A stretch of DNA of 63,983 bases, filler included, from Limisphaerales bacterium (GTDB taxonomy: Bacteria; Verrucomicrobiota; Verrucomicrobiia; Limisphaerales; SIBE01): the NCBI GenBank assembly GCA_044225505.1. It is 4 parts of 4 records of this genome, joined end to end, with 100 filler letters (N's around TTAATTAATTAA, not from the genome) between each part and the next. Parts side by side here need not be neighbours in the genome. Positions count along the whole stretch, not along the records: positions 34,464 to 52,151 come from JBGAIN010000004.1; positions 52,252 to 63,983 come from JBGAIN010000214.1; 2 more parts are not named here. One strand, given 5' to 3'. The notes beneath the pieces were generated by a model. The model had not been told where the DNA came from and ran no database searches. It saw nothing but the letters and a program-made list of their open reading frames with translations. Shown here piece by piece: positions 47,782 through 59,900 of the stretch; position 1 is the first letter of the stretch, and each line of letters opens with the position of its first letter. A program made the translations under genes and the position numbers.

Positions 47782-48873
47782 TCACTTCGTCGCTGGCAGG
47801 TAATAGAACAGAACGCTCAGAATCAAGTAGAGAGAAATGAGCTGAGCGCCTTCCAGCCAGTTGCTTTCCCCGTCTCCACTGATTTGCGCCAGGACGAAGA
47901 CTGCCGCGAGGACCGCCACAATCTCGGGAATCGTGAACTCCAGGTCCATCGGCTTCCCAATGAAGTAAGAGGCAAACACCAGGATCGGAGCGACAAAAAG
48001 TGCGATCTGCAAGCTGGACCCCACGGCGATGCCGAGCGCGAGGTCCATTTTGTTCTTCCGAGCCATAAACAGGGCCGTCGAATGCTCGGCGGCGTTTCCA
48101 ATAATAGCGACGACAACGACCCCGACGAAGAGCTCCGTGAACCCAAACTGCTGCCGCGCCACTTCGATCGTGCTGACCAGGAACTCGGACAGCCACGCAA
48201 CGAAGATTGTCGCGATCAAAAGGACAAGCATCGATTTCAGCTTGGACCAGGTGTGCGCCTCATCCCCTGGCTCTGAGGGTCCCGTGTAATGTTTTCGATG
48301 TGTCCGAAGCGAGAACACGAGAGTGCACGCGTAGGTTAAGAAGAGAACGATCGCGATCGCGAGGGAAAGATGCTGCTCGGTTTCTGCATTCCAGCCATTC
48401 AGTTGATCATCCGCGGTGGCATGAAACACCGAGGGAATGAGCAATCCTACCGCCGCCAGCATGAGCGATGTCGTGGAAGCGCGGACGGCCAGTTTGCCAA
48501 AAGTCTGACGTTCATATTTGAGGCCGCCGACGAGAATCGATCCTCCTAGCACGAGCAGGCTGTTTCCGATGATCGATCCCGTAATCGATGCCTTCACCAC
48601 GTCGACCAGCCCTTGCGAAAGTGCCAGAAGCGCAATGATCAACTCGGCCGCGTTCCCAAACGTCGCATTCAGTAAGCCGCCAATCCCTTGGCCCAGTCTC
48701 GCCCCTAACTCCTCCGTGGCTCGCCCCATCAGCCCGGCCAACGGAATCACCGCGAGCCCAGAACAGATAAAGAGAGCGACGTCGTTCTTCCAGCCGGGAG
48801 CGTAGCGGAGCCAGAATGCAACTGGCACAAAAACCATCAGCCAATGGACTGAAGGTTTAAGAATGTCCCGCAC
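47782..48873 (-). CDS. cax: Ca2+/H+ antiporter (CaCA family)
   Basis: [15 protein letters not shown] and IIGNAAEH motifs, [17 protein letters not shown]. Start placed at GTG 48873. Confidence 0.93.
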   Translation of the reverse strand: MRDILKPSVHWLMVFVPVAFWLRYAPGWKNDVALFICSGLAVIPLAGLMGRATEELGARLGQGIGGLLNATFGNAAELIIALLALSQGLVDVVKASITGSIIGNSLLVLGGSILVGGLKYERQTFGKLAVRASTTSLMLAAVGLLIPSVFHATADDQLNGWNAETEQHLSLAIAIVLFLTYACTLVFSLRTHRKHYTGPSEPGDEAHTWSKLKSMLVLLIATIFVAWLSEFLVSTIEVARQQFGFTELFVGVVVVAIIGNAAEHSTALFMARKNKMDLALGIAVGSSLQIALFVAPILVFASYFIGKPMDLEFTIPEIVAVLAAVFVLAQISGDGESNWLEGAQLISLYLILSVLFYYLPATK

Positions 48874-49091
48874 AGTTTGTTCTTTCCATATGGCCGCCCA
48901 CGACGCTCGCGCAACACGAACCAAGCCCTGTATTGCCTCTCTCGAAAACCGTCCTATCCTAAGGGCGCTCGGGCCGGCGCGCAATCTTGGACCGATCTCC
49001 TATCCATCGAGGAAACAGCCGAGTCATTCCTGGGTCAGCAGGGGTAAGGCTTGAACGACGACAGATTGGCGCGCTGCATTTGCGCCAGCAC

Positions 49092-50468
49092 TCACGCCTT
49101 AATGCTCCAACTGCGTTCGATTTCTTCCAAGCTCCGGCCTTTGGTCTCCGGAACCATCAGCCAGACAAAGACAAATCCAGCCAGGCTGCAGAAGGCATAG
49201 ATCCAAAACGTAATCGCCGGCCCAATCGCGGGACTGTCATTCAACATCGGAAAGGTCTGAGCGACAATGTAACACGCCGACCAGATCGTAAACGTGGCCA
49301 CGGACATGGCCCGGCCCCGTATCTTGGTCGGAAAGATCTCCGAGCAAATGATCCAGGGGACCGGTCCGAGCGCCATAGCAAACGCGCCAATGAAACCCAC
49401 GATGGCAAAAAGCAGTCCCCAACCCTGGTTCCCTCCGTGAAACATGGCTCCGACCGCGGTGAGCGCCACAACCTGCACCGCGGTCCCCACCAGCAATAAC
49501 GCACGTCGCCCAGCTCGATCGACCAGCGCAATCGCCACAAACGTAAAAAGCAAATTGACCAGACCGACCAGCACCGAGGAGCTAAAGGAGCTTTTGACTC
49601 CGATCCCAGCGCTCGCGAAGATCTTCGTCGAATAGTACATGATCGCATTGATGCCGCTGAACTGGGAAAAGGCCATCAGCAGAACGGCAATCACCAAGGG
49701 CTTGCGAAACCGTGCTTGAAACAGTTCTCCAAACCGCCCTTCCTCGGCAGCAAGCACCTCGGAGACCGCGGCGATTTCTTTCTCGGCATGCTCCGGCCCG
49801 CCCACTTTCTCCAAAATGTCACGGGCTTCCTGCTCCCGTTTTGCCTGCAGCAACCACCGCGGACTTTCCGGAACCACAAAGAGAACGCCCAAGAGCAGGA
49901 CCGCGGGAAGCACTTCCGCCCCTAACATCCAGCGCCATCCTTGAGTGGTGTTCCAGCGTTCATCCCCAGCCCCTTGAATCATTGCATTAATGAAGAGCGT
50001 CAGGAAAATCCCGCTGACTATCCCCAGCTGAAAGAGAGACCCGAGTCTTCCGCGCCTGGCGGCTGGAGCGAGCTCGGCGATATAGACCGGGCAGATCATC
50101 GAGGAGGCGCCAATGCCAAGCCCGCTAATGAAACGGGCGGCCAGGAACTCTGGAAAACTCCGCGGCAACGCCGAGAGCAATCCCGAGATGGCGTAAAGCA
50201 CAGCACACAGGAACAAGACTTTTCGCCTCCCAAACCGATCGCTCAGAAACCCGGCGAACATGGCTCCTGGGATGCAACCAAGGATCGCACTCGCGCCAGC
50301 CATTCCTTCCTGGAGCGAGTTAAGAGCAAAGTAAGCCTTCAAATACTGATTGGCGCCATTGATGACCGCAGTATCGTACCCAAAGAGAAACCCTCCCACC
50401 GCCGCCACGAGAGTGATCAGGGCCAGGTAGCGAACATTGAATTTTGACGGTCCAGGAGTCGCTTGCAT
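49092..50468 (-). CDS. Sugar porter family MFS transporter
   Basis: GGFLFGYDTAVING, SDRFGRR, PESPRWL, QFSGINAIMYY, VDRAGRR, PETKGRSLEEI. Confidence 0.95.
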   Translation of the reverse strand: MQATPGPSKFNVRYLALITLVAAVGGFLFGYDTAVINGANQYLKAYFALNSLQEGMAGASAILGCIPGAMFAGFLSDRFGRRKVLFLCAVLYAISGLLSALPRSFPEFLAARFISGLGIGASSMICPVYIAELAPAARRGRLGSLFQLGIVSGIFLTLFINAMIQGAGDERWNTTQGWRWMLGAEVLPAVLLLGVLFVVPESPRWLLQAKREQEARDILEKVGGPEHAEKEIAAVSEVLAAEEGRFGELFQARFRKPLVIAVLLMAFSQFSGINAIMYYSTKIFASAGIGVKSSFSSSVLVGLVNLLFTFVAIALVDRAGRRALLLVGTAVQVVALTAVGAMFHGGNQGWGLLFAIVGFIGAFAMALGPVPWIICSEIFPTKIRGRAMSVATFTIWSACYIVAQTFPMLNDSPAIGPAITFWIYAFCSLAGFVFVWLMVPETKGRSLEEIERSWSIKA

Positions 50469-50559
50469 AAATCGATTCGTAACGCTGCTTCTTGCCGACC
50501 TGCCATCATGACCTGGCATGCCGTCACCAAAGGACGGCGTCAGCGTCTTGACTCATTAC

Positions 50560-52151
50560 TCAGGGTTTGCTTCGCCCAGATCTCCCACTCGCGCGCGCGC
50601 TTCCGTTGGCGCGTTCGTCCAGATCCGAAATGGCGGCGACGGACGGCCGCGGGGCTGTCGACGCCCAACTCCGATTCGGCTGAGGCCCGAGTTCGAGTTC
50701 CAGGGTTCCGCCCCGGACCAGGTCGCGCTGGGAAATCCACCAGGAGTTCAGCGGCCGCCCATTGAGTTTGGCCGATTGAATGAAACGGTTGGAACGGGAA
50801 GCGTTGCTCGAAGCGATAGTGAAAGTTTTGCCACCATAATGTTGATTCGAAAGGTGCAAAACAACTTTCGGATAGAGCGGACTGCCCAGTTCGTAAATAG
50901 GATCGACGCGGCAACCGCCGTCGGTTTGAAAGAGGCCCATGGCTGCCATTGCGAACCAAGCGCTCATTTGGCCTTGGTCCTCGTCGCCAAGATAGGCATC
51001 GGCCGGCCCGTGCCCGTAATAAGCATCCAAAATGGCCCGAGTCCATTTTTGACTGAGGAACGGTTCGCCCGCCCAATTGAAAAGCCAGGCTGCCTGCATC
51101 GTCGGCTGGTTGCCATGGTTAATAGGGAATAGATCGAAGCGTTCTCCGGCGGCGTTAAAACGGGTTGGAGCCGACTTCTCAAAAGCTTCGTTTAATCGAC
51201 TGAGGAAGCGATCACGCCCCATTAACTCCACCAGCCCAGGAACGTCTTGCGGTACAAACCAAGTGTATTGCCATGCGTTTCCTTCCACAAAACCAGGCGT
51301 ATGGAACGGATCAAACGGGGTCTGCCAAGAACGGTCGACTTTGCGCGGACGCGCAAAGCCAGTTTCAACGTCAAAAACATTGCGCCAACTGCGGGAACGC
51401 TCCAGAAACTTCTCGGCCACGTCTTTGCGCCCTAAGGCCAACGCCAATTGCGCGACGCACCAATCGTCATACGAATACTCATAAGTATTGGAACACCACG
51501 CTTGCTTCCACTCGGCCTTCGAGCCCTGGCCAACCGTGCCGCCGTCTAACGCGACGTAGCCGTTCTTCAAGTAGTTCTCCAGGTTCTCATTTCCTACCCA
51601 ACCCCCGCCAGGGTGACGCTGCGGAAGAGCGGTTTGCATCTTCACAATCGCTTCCATGATCTTCTCACGATCGATGCCCTTGACGCCCTGCTGGCAAGCG
51701 GCCACCAACAGCGCAATCTCGTGCTCCGCCACCATCACGCTAATGTATTCCATTCCAGCCGGCCCTTTTGACAACCATCCACCCGCCTCGTAGAGAGCAA
51801 GCTGGGATTTCGCCCAACGCGCCGACCACTCCGGAGTGATCAAATTCATCACCTGGTTCAGGTTCCAGAATGTGTTCCAGAAAGCGTCACAACCGAGCAT
51901 CACGGCGTCGGAATCCGAGAGTTTCTGGAGCCGCTCTTCCGGATCCAGCCATTCCCCGTTAACGTCACTCCAGGTGTTTCGTCCGACCAAGGCACGATAT
52001 AGGTTGGAGTAAAACCGCGACTTCTCGCGTGCATCGGGCGACTCAATCTCGACGCGGGAAAGGAGGTCGTTCCAGGCGCGACGCTGGTTCTGCACTACGG
52101 CCGCGAAATCCCACCCGAAAGGCGCGGCTAATTCCTGCTCCAAGTTTAGCC
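50560..52151 (-). CDS. GH92 alpha-mannosidase, 5'-truncated by contig end
   Basis: FYSNLYRAL, EYSYDDW, FVEGNAWQYTWFVPQD, NHGNQP, GDEDQGQMSAW. Confidence 0.92.
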
Positions 52152-52251
52152 NNNNNNNNNNNNNNNNNNNNNNNNNNNNNNNNNNNNNNNNNNNNTTAAT
52201 TAATTAANNNNNNNNNNNNNNNNNNNNNNNNNNNNNNNNNNNNNNNNNNNN
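52152..52251. other. Artificial contig spacer
   Basis: N44-TTAATTAATTAA-N44. Confidence 0.99.
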
Positions 52252-53198
52252 CTAGCCTGACCATCAAGGACACTAAAGGCACATCCTACTCCAACAAGGC
52301 CGACTTCGTCGTGGCGACCTACGGAACCTTGCCCGCGAGCATCGCCAGTACTGTCGACAAGTCCAAGAAGGGCTTCAAGATCAGGACCTATCAGATCGAG
52401 ACCAGCGATCAGACCGGCACCATCGCCTTCAACGAAGACCTGCTGGCTGGTAAACTCGGCGCCAATATCGCCAACCTTACCGACGCCGGTGGGGTGGACA
52501 GCAAACAGTACTTCACATGGCCCGGCGTTATCAACCTGGATACTACGCCCACGGCTGAGGACGGCTTCTTCAACGACCCCGACTACACAGCCAGCCTTTT
52601 CCCTGGCATCCCTGGAACTTTGGATACGCAGGATAACTTCGCCGAAGAAATCGTGGCGGCTCTGGATTTCCCGGCGGCTGGGATGTACACGATGGTCGTT
52701 AACACGGACTGGACTGGCTTCCCGAACGAAAGTGATGGATTCGAAGTCCGTGCCGGTGCTGATCCGTTAAACGCGGCCTCGAGCGTCACCCTAGGGTTCT
52801 TTAATGCGCTGGCTCCGGCGGGCCCAGAACGAGGCGTCGCTAACTCTCCATTCTTTGTCTACGTTCCTAAAGCGGGAGCTTATCCGTTCCGTTTGCTCTA
52901 TTGGCAAACGACCGGCACCGCCAACTTGGAATGGTTTACCACCGACTCCGACGGCGTCCGGGCGCTCATTAATGATTCCGCCTCGCCAAAAGCCGTCTTG
53001 GCTTATTATGAATGGACGACCGCCCCCGCGGCGCCGACTTTGTCGGTGGCCAAGTCGGCTGGCGGCTTGACACTCACGTTTACGGGAACACTGCAGTCCG
53101 CCGATACAATCAACGGCACTTGGACAAACGTGACGGGCTCCAGCCCTCTCACCGTGCCGACCACCGGCGCGAGCAAGTTCTACCGCGCAAAACAATAG
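52252..53198 (+). CDS. C-terminal part of a probably secreted PA14-like protein with FYR-type tail (5'-truncated)
   Basis: Frame open from the contig start; FPGIPG..DNFAEEIVAALDFPAAGMYTMVVN, GAYPFRLLYWQTTGTANLEWF; tail GTLQSADTINGTWTNVTGSSPLTVPTTGASKFYRAKQ. Confidence 0.8.
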
Positions 53199-53221
53199 CC
53201 GGTAACGAATCGTCTGCTCTC

Positions 53222-53250
53222 AAAGGCCAGGCCAATGCCTGGCCTTTTTT
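53222..53250 (+). terminator. Rho-independent terminator
   Basis: AAAGGCCAGGC-caat-GCCTGGCCTTT followed by more Ts. Confidence 0.9.
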
Positions 53251-53858
53251 CTCTCTCTAACCCCCCATGAGAAACCACGGCCCCAGGTCAGTCAGCCACC
53301 TGGACTGCGTTTAAAATACTTCGAAGCTGCGCAACCTCATGGAGAAAAAGGGTAAGTCACCACTCTTGGATTTGCGCGTTGTAGCCCCTTCTCCCTCAGA
53401 CGGATAAACTTAAGCTGAAGCGCATCTATCCCATCGAGCTCGAGATGAGTTGCATCCGATACGGTGAACACCGATTCCCGAGCCGAGTTCATTCAGACTT
53501 GCTTACCCAAGACCACGAAAAGGACTCTCGAGCAAGTCAGGAAAGCCTAAACCGTTCGGCCAAGCTGAACGGACGAGTAACTTGGGACGACGTTCACCCC
53601 ACAAAGAGCCCCACCTCTGTTGCCTCTCAAACCTCAGCGACCCTTTCCCGCACAGGAGGGTGATGTGGGAACGGACGATCGAACGGCGCCGTTAAGTCAT
53701 TGGCGCCGAACGAAGCCCGCGATGCGTAGCGCCGACCGGCCGCAGCGCAGGTAAAACGGCTATTAGCCAGCCGCGGCGTTTCCGTTGAAACTCTAATCAC
53801 TTTTCGCTTGCTATTGCCGGTGGTTTTGTTAGTCCTAAGCCGTTCCTGTAATACATAT

Positions 53859-53929
53859 CATCAGCCGGGTTATTGTCTTTCCGTTGCACAGCAAGTAGTC
53901 AACGGTTGTGGACAAAAACCCGGATGATG
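53859..53929 (+). promoter_or_regulatory. Long imperfect leader hairpin, possible cis-regulatory RNA
   Basis: Nested pairings CATCA/TGATG, CCGGGTT/AACCCGG, TTGTC/GACAA and CCGTTG/CAACGG, ending 13 nt before ATG 53943. Confidence 0.55.
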
Positions 53930-53942
53930 GACGTTGTTTGCT

Positions 53943-56705
53943 ATGAAACAATCCCAACCCTCTAAACTACCTATACTGGCATGCCTTCTCGGCATGAGCG
54001 CTTTGGTTTCAACCAAGGCGGGGCAAGTCACCTACGACTTCAAAACAGATCCCACGACTGGGACAAATCCAATCAAGATAACGCAGAACGGTTTCGCTGA
54101 TGGCAACGGCACATCGGTCTATTGGAAAGCCGAAGGCGGCAATCCAGACGGCTTCTTGGGAATCACGTGGCCCTTGGGCGGTTCCACGACCATCGCGGTG
54201 TTCCCTGATATCGATCCTGGCAAGGTCGTGACCGCATTCACGTTCGAGTGCGATCTCCGAATCGGCAGCCCGCAGCAGAATGAACGGCCAGCCGATGGTT
54301 TCAGCATCAATTTCGCCCGCAGCACAGATCCGGCGGTCGAAAATCCGGACGCTGGCTCCTTTGCGACCTCGGGCGCCGTGGAGACTGGAACACAAACGGG
54401 TATCGCCATTTGCTTCGACACTTGGGCGGGCAACGCTCTGCCAGACGGCGGCGACATCGAAGGCATCATCGTCCGCGTGGACAACAAGACGATCTTACGC
54501 CAGGAAATGCCGACTCGGAACGGCGCTTGCGACGACACCACGTCTCTCCAAACCGGACCTCGACCGGTCGCGTATTGGACCGCAGCGGTCGACGCCGGCA
54601 CCCTCCCTGATGCCGCGTTCGCAAAGGAGTCCTGGACGAACCTCTGCTGGCAACACCTGATTGTCGAATTGGACACGGCAGCCAAGTTGAGCGTGACCTA
54701 CAAAGGCCGAAAACTGCTCGACAAATACCAAACCACCTTCTTCCCATCGGCCGGGTCGATCATTCTCGCCGGTCGAACTGGCGGTGCGGATGAACACACT
54801 CATTTTGACAACGTTAAACTCACCACGACGGCTTCGACGGATGCGACACCTCCGGGCGTGCCTGGCGCTATTAACGTCGGCGCTGTCTCTGCGGGCAAGG
54901 TAGTTTTGAGCTGGGGCGAAGCAACCGATGATTCGGGACGGGTCGGCTACAATGTCGAACGGGATGGAACTATCATTAAGGCGCTCCTGAATGAACCCAC
55001 GTTCACCGACCTGACTGTCGAAGGTGGCAAGACCTACGCTTACAAAGTCCAAGCGGTTGATCCAGCGGGCAACAAATCTGCATTTACTGCCGCTAAGACC
55101 GCTACTACACCTGCCCTGGCGCCCGTCACGGCGGCTGGCCTTCTTTTCGAAGCGTGGTACAACATCAACGGCACCCCCGTGTCGAACCTGACGGATGACG
55201 AGCGGTATATCAACAACACGCCCGATTTCAAATCACTGGCGTCTGCTCTGAACACTCGCACGGTCTTCGGCGACGACGGTCACGACAATTACGGTGGTCG
55301 TCTGAGTGGCCTTCTGGTTCCCAAGGATACTGGTAACTATGAATTCTTCTTGCGCAGTGACGACGCTTCACAGCTCTTATTGAGCCCCGACGACAAGGCT
55401 GCGAACCTCGCCCTCATTGCTGAGGAGACCGGATGCTGCGCTGCATTCCAAGAGCCTGGCGATCCGCGCACTTCCGCGCCAATTAGCTTAACGGCCGGAA
55501 AGAAGTACGCGATCCAAGTCCTCTGGAAAGAAGGCGGCGGCGGTGACTACGCGCAAGTTGCATGGCGTAAGAGTGGCGATACGACTCCGCCAACCAGCTT
55601 GAAGCCAATCCCTGGGCAATTCCTGGAAACGAGTTGGGATCCGACCCTGGGACAGCCTGTCTTCACGACGAGCCCGAAGAGCCAATCAGTCGCCCTGGGC
55701 AGCGCTGTAACACTCACCGGCGAGGCAACGATTGGTGACAAACCGGTCACTTATCAATGGTCATTCAATGGCAAAGTCATCCCAGGCGCCACGAATACGA
55801 GCATCACGGTTAATAACTTCGCAGCGAAGGATTTTGGCTACTATGAGTTAAAGGCCCAAAACGTGGTTGGCAGCGCCATTGTCGGTGCCGGCCTCTTGCC
55901 GAAAGACGCGCTCTTCGTGGAAGCCGAAGATTTCAACTATGGCTCAGGCAAGTATGTCACCGACAAGCCGATCGGCTTGACTGGAGCTTACGATGGCTCT
56001 GCTTATCGCGGCCTTGGAACCGAAGCCGATGACGGCATTGACTACCACGCCGATAACGGAGGCGCCCAAGCTTATCGCGTAGACACCAACGTTGACGCAG
56101 CGAAGGAGAATCAGCACCCGGGCGGGTTGCCTCGAGGTGACTTCGACGTAAACGTCAACAACGTGGTTGGCTGGAACGACGCTGGCGAATGGATGAACTA
56201 TACCCGCGCCTGGCCGACTCCGAACAAAGACTATAATGTCTACGGCCGCATCGCGTCTGGCGGTAACCCCATCCACATCCAAATGGACGAAGTGACGGCA
56301 GGTGTTACCACCAAGGATCAAACCTTGAAGAAAATTGGTGAGTTCAATCCTAAGGTCGCGACCGCGGGCTGGGATAGCATGGAGTACTTCCCGCTGGTTG
56401 ATGACGCGGGCAATCTCGCGACGGTGAAGGATTGGGGTGGCGTCCGCACCTTCCGCGTGACGATGTTGCCAAACAGCGCCGAGGATATGGATTACTTTAT
56501 CTTCATTCCGGCAGGTTCGACACCGTCGACAGGCAACAGCTTCTCGAGCGTCAGCAAGAGCGGCACCAACCTGGTGATCGCCTGGAGCACAGGCACTCTG
56601 GAAGAAGCCGACAAGGTCACAGGTCCTTGGACGGCGGTTGCAAACGCCAAGAGCCCAGCCACCATTCCGATCGCCGGAGCTGGGAAATTCTACCGCTTGA
56701 AATAG
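53943..56705 (+). CDS. Secreted multidomain glycan-binding protein: L-lectin-like, FN3, PA14, Ig, CBM6-like and FYR tail (paralogue A)
   Basis: Signal peptide ending STKA; PADGFSINFA...ICFDTW (legume-lectin-like); VVLSW...YNVERDG...YAYKVQAVD (FN3); DNYGGRLSG...FFLRSDD...WKEGGGGD (PA14); TYQWSFNG (Ig); FVEAEDFN...GEWMNYT (CBM6-like). Confidence 0.85.
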   Translation: MKQSQPSKLPILACLLGMSALVSTKAGQVTYDFKTDPTTGTNPIKITQNGFADGNGTSVYWKAEGGNPDGFLGITWPLGGSTTIAVFPDIDPGKVVTAFTFECDLRIGSPQQNERPADGFSINFARSTDPAVENPDAGSFATSGAVETGTQTGIAICFDTWAGNALPDGGDIEGIIVRVDNKTILRQEMPTRNGACDDTTSLQTGPRPVAYWTAAVDAGTLPDAAFAKESWTNLCWQHLIVELDTAAKLSVTYKGRKLLDKYQTTFFPSAGSIILAGRTGGADEHTHFDNVKLTTTASTDATPPGVPGAINVGAVSAGKVVLSWGEATDDSGRVGYNVERDGTIIKALLNEPTFTDLTVEGGKTYAYKVQAVDPAGNKSAFTAAKTATTPALAPVTAAGLLFEAWYNINGTPVSNLTDDERYINNTPDFKSLASALNTRTVFGDDGHDNYGGRLSGLLVPKDTGNYEFFLRSDDASQLLLSPDDKAANLALIAEETGCCAAFQEPGDPRTSAPISLTAGKKYAIQVLWKEGGGGDYAQVAWRKSGDTTPPTSLKPIPGQFLETSWDPTLGQPVFTTSPKSQSVALGSAVTLTGEATIGDKPVTYQWSFNGKVIPGATNTSITVNNFAAKDFGYYELKAQNVVGSAIVGAGLLPKDALFVEAEDFNYGSGKYVTDKPIGLTGAYDGSAYRGLGTEADDGIDYHADNGGAQAYRVDTNVDAAKENQHPGGLPRGDFDVNVNNVVGWNDAGEWMNYTRAWPTPNKDYNVYGRIASGGNPIHIQMDEVTAGVTTKDQTLKKIGEFNPKVATAGWDSMEYFPLVDDAGNLATVKDWGGVRTFRVTMLPNSAEDMDYFIFIPAGSTPSTGNSFSSVSKSGTNLVIAWSTGTLEEADKVTGPWTAVANAKSPATIPIAGAGKFYRLK

Positions 56706-56729
56706 CGGTTTACTAAACCTTCGATTCAT

Positions 56730-56759
56730 AAGGACCGGGAGAAATCCCGGTCCTTTTTT
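56730..56759 (+). terminator. Rho-independent terminator
   Basis: AGGACCGGGA-gaaa-TCCCGGTCCT followed by a T run. Confidence 0.92.
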
Positions 56760-56942
56760 GTTACCCCATTGGAAGCCCATTCCTTTTCCGCATCGAGCCA
56801 TCCTCCCCGGGCCTGCCATGCGATCGAGTACGCCGCGAGGTCTCCCTGCAGTTGCTGATCGACGTGATTCCAGATAATCTTAAGGATACGAGCCCGCTCT
56901 GTGCCAGAACTACTTTCCATACTCCAACCGGGTCCCGGGCGC

Positions 56943-59900
56943 ATGATCGCAATGGTATTGTCGCGCCCAAGCCTGGCCGTCGCAATCTGGGTTTTCTGGG
57001 GTCCTCTCTTCTGTGTTGCGGTCGAGCCCGGACACCAAGTTTCTCGTCTGGCCGTTCCCTCTTCGAATCGAATTGGATTCCAGGCCATACCTTCGGCAGC
57101 GACGGGAATCGACTTTACCAATGTCTTGGACCTCCACCGCGGCTTAGTGAATCAGAACCTGATGAACGGGTCGGGAGTTGCGGCAGGTGATGTCGACGGC
57201 GACGGGCGTTGCGACCTCTATTTCTGTGGGCTGGACGTCGAGAATCGGCTCTACCGCAATCTAGGGGGCTTTCGATTCGAAGATATCACCCGGACATCTG
57301 GAACCGGTTGCCCAAACCAGGATTCAACTGGCGCCGTGCTTGTCGACATTGACGCGGATGGCGATTTGGATTTGTTCGTTTCTGCGCTTGGGCCAGGAGT
57401 TCGCTTGTTTTTGAATGACGGGCACGGACAATTCAACGAGAGCACCGACGCCGCGGGGCTTCGTCGGTCAGCTGGAAGCACGTCCATGGCGTTGGCGGAT
57501 GTTGATGGCGACGGAGACTTGGATCTCTATGTGACGGCTATTCCACGCAGACCGGTACGGAACGAGATGTCGACGACCTACCAAGTCCGCCAAGTGAACG
57601 GCATGGCGCAAGTGGTCTCCATTAACGGCAAGCCGACGACCTCTCCGGAACTGACAGGCCGATTCAAAGTGAGCTCCAACGGCGAGATCATTGAGTACGG
57701 CGAGGAAGATCAGTTTTATCTCAATAACGGCAATGGCACCTTTACGCGTTCGTCATTTACCGATGGACGATTTCTGGACGAGGACGGTAAACCGCTAGCG
57801 AGCCCTCCCTTGGATTGGGGATTGGCCGTGCACTTTCACGACCTGAACGGAGATCGACAGCCAGATCTCTATGTCTGTAACGACTTGTTCACTCCAGACC
57901 GGATCTGGATCAACCAAGGCCACGGAGTTTTCAAAGCCTTAGCACAGCTCGCGGTTCGCCACACCTCTCTAGCGTCCATGGGAATGGACGCAGCGGACGT
58001 CAATCGCGATGGATATTACGATCTTTTCGTTTCGGATATGTTCAGCCGGGACCGCAAATTGCGCATGACGCAATTCGCTCATGTCCCGCCGAAGATGTGG
58101 GAGGACGGAGTGATCGGAGAGAGACTTCAGTTCAACCATAATGCTCTGCTTCTCAACCGCGGCGACCTGACGTTCGCAGAAATTTCCTTCTATTCCGGGG
58201 TTGCCGCGTCGGATTGGTCGTGGGGCGGTGTATTTCTGGATGTCGACTTGGATGGCTACGAAGACCTTCTCATCCCAAACGGACAACAAAGAAACCTCGC
58301 CCATGCTGACTACGCCGCTCGACTGCAGACGTTGCAACGAGGCCGAGAACGACTGACCCTGGAAGGTATGGTCAAGCTGGCAGAGGAATTCCCACCCCTG
58401 ACCGTGCCCAACATGGCTTTCCGCAACCGCCGCGACCTCACCTTTGAAGAAATCGGCGTGAAGTGGGGGTTCGCTACCGCGACCGCGTCCCAGGGGCTCG
58501 CCTTGGCGGATCTCGACAATGACGGAGACCTCGACGTGATTGTGAACAATTTGCTCGCGCCAGCAGGGTTGTTTCGGAATGAGAGCGACGCACCCCGCCT
58601 CGCCGTCCGCCTCCGTGGTGCCGGACAAAACCGCGCCGGAATCGGAGCGCAGATCAAAGTTACCGACGGAACCTTAGCTCAACAGCAAGAGATGATTTGT
58701 GGTGGCCGCTACTTGTCGGGTGACGATGCGTTACGGGTTTTCGCTACGGGCCAAGCCCATCAGGTCGACGTTGAAGTGATCTGGCGTAATGGGAAGCACA
58801 GCGTCATCCGAGGCGCGAAACCAAACTCCCTCTATCTGGTCGCTGAAACAGAAGCTGAAGACGCACCCTCGTCAGCTCCAGTCGTCGCAGAGTCTCCCAT
58901 GTTTGAAGATGTCAGCGGAAGTCTGCCACATGTTCATGTGGAGCAGCCTTTCAACGACCTGGCGTGGCAACCCTTGCTCCCCTATCGGCTGACGCGATCC
59001 GGCCCCGGTTTAAGCTGGTTCGATCTCGACGGCGACGGAATGGACGATCTGTTGATCCCGGGCGGACAAGGTGGCGCCTTGGGAATATATCTCAATTCCA
59101 AGCAAGGCTTTCGCGCACTAGCCCGTGGGACCGCCACGGATCAGCTTCAGTCGGATCAGACCGCCGTGATTGGTTGGATGCCGAACCCAGGTGCCGCTTT
59201 TTTAGTCGTCGCGTGGTCAAATTATAAACCATCTCCGAACAGCTTTCCTGCCATCTCGTTTTTCAACGCCGCGACGGGAAAGAACTCAGGATCGATCGGC
59301 CCGTTGGACGGTCCCGTCGGCCCGATGGCCATGGCGGATCTGGACGGAGACGGCGACTTGGATCTCTTTGTCGGGACCACGTCACGCTTAGGACGCTTTC
59401 CCGAGCCAGGATCCGGTTACCTCTTCCGGAATGACGAGGGGAAGATGGTCTTGGCGCAACAGTGGAACCAGCTCGGTGTCATTCAAGCGGCGACCTTTAG
59501 CGATTTGGATCTCGACGGTTTTCCGGAGCTCATCCTGGCTTGCACTTGGGGACCCATTCGGATCTTTTCGAATCGACAAGGAAACCTCGTCGAATCCACC
59601 GCGCAGTGGGGGTTGCTGGAGCTGACCGGGCTCTGGCAAGGGCTTACCACGGGCGACTTCGATGGCGACGGGCGCCTGGATTTAGCGGCATCCAACTGGG
59701 GATTGAACAGTGCCCTGCAAGACTCGGAGCGAATTCGGAAGCGTTTTTATTACGGCGACCTGGACGGGGACGGACGAGTCGAGCTTATCGACGTCGCAAT
59801 CGATCCGGTTAACGGCAAACAATTTCCCGCGGCAAATTTGAATCTGCTCGCCGGGGCGGTCCCGGCGGTGCGTGGTCGCATTCGAGATTATGAGAGTTAT

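Noticed and set aside
53280..53760. Possible ncRNA or small ORF (53445-53663) in the long intergenic region
   Set aside because: Only short GC hairpins were found, with no recognisable RNA family or protein motif.
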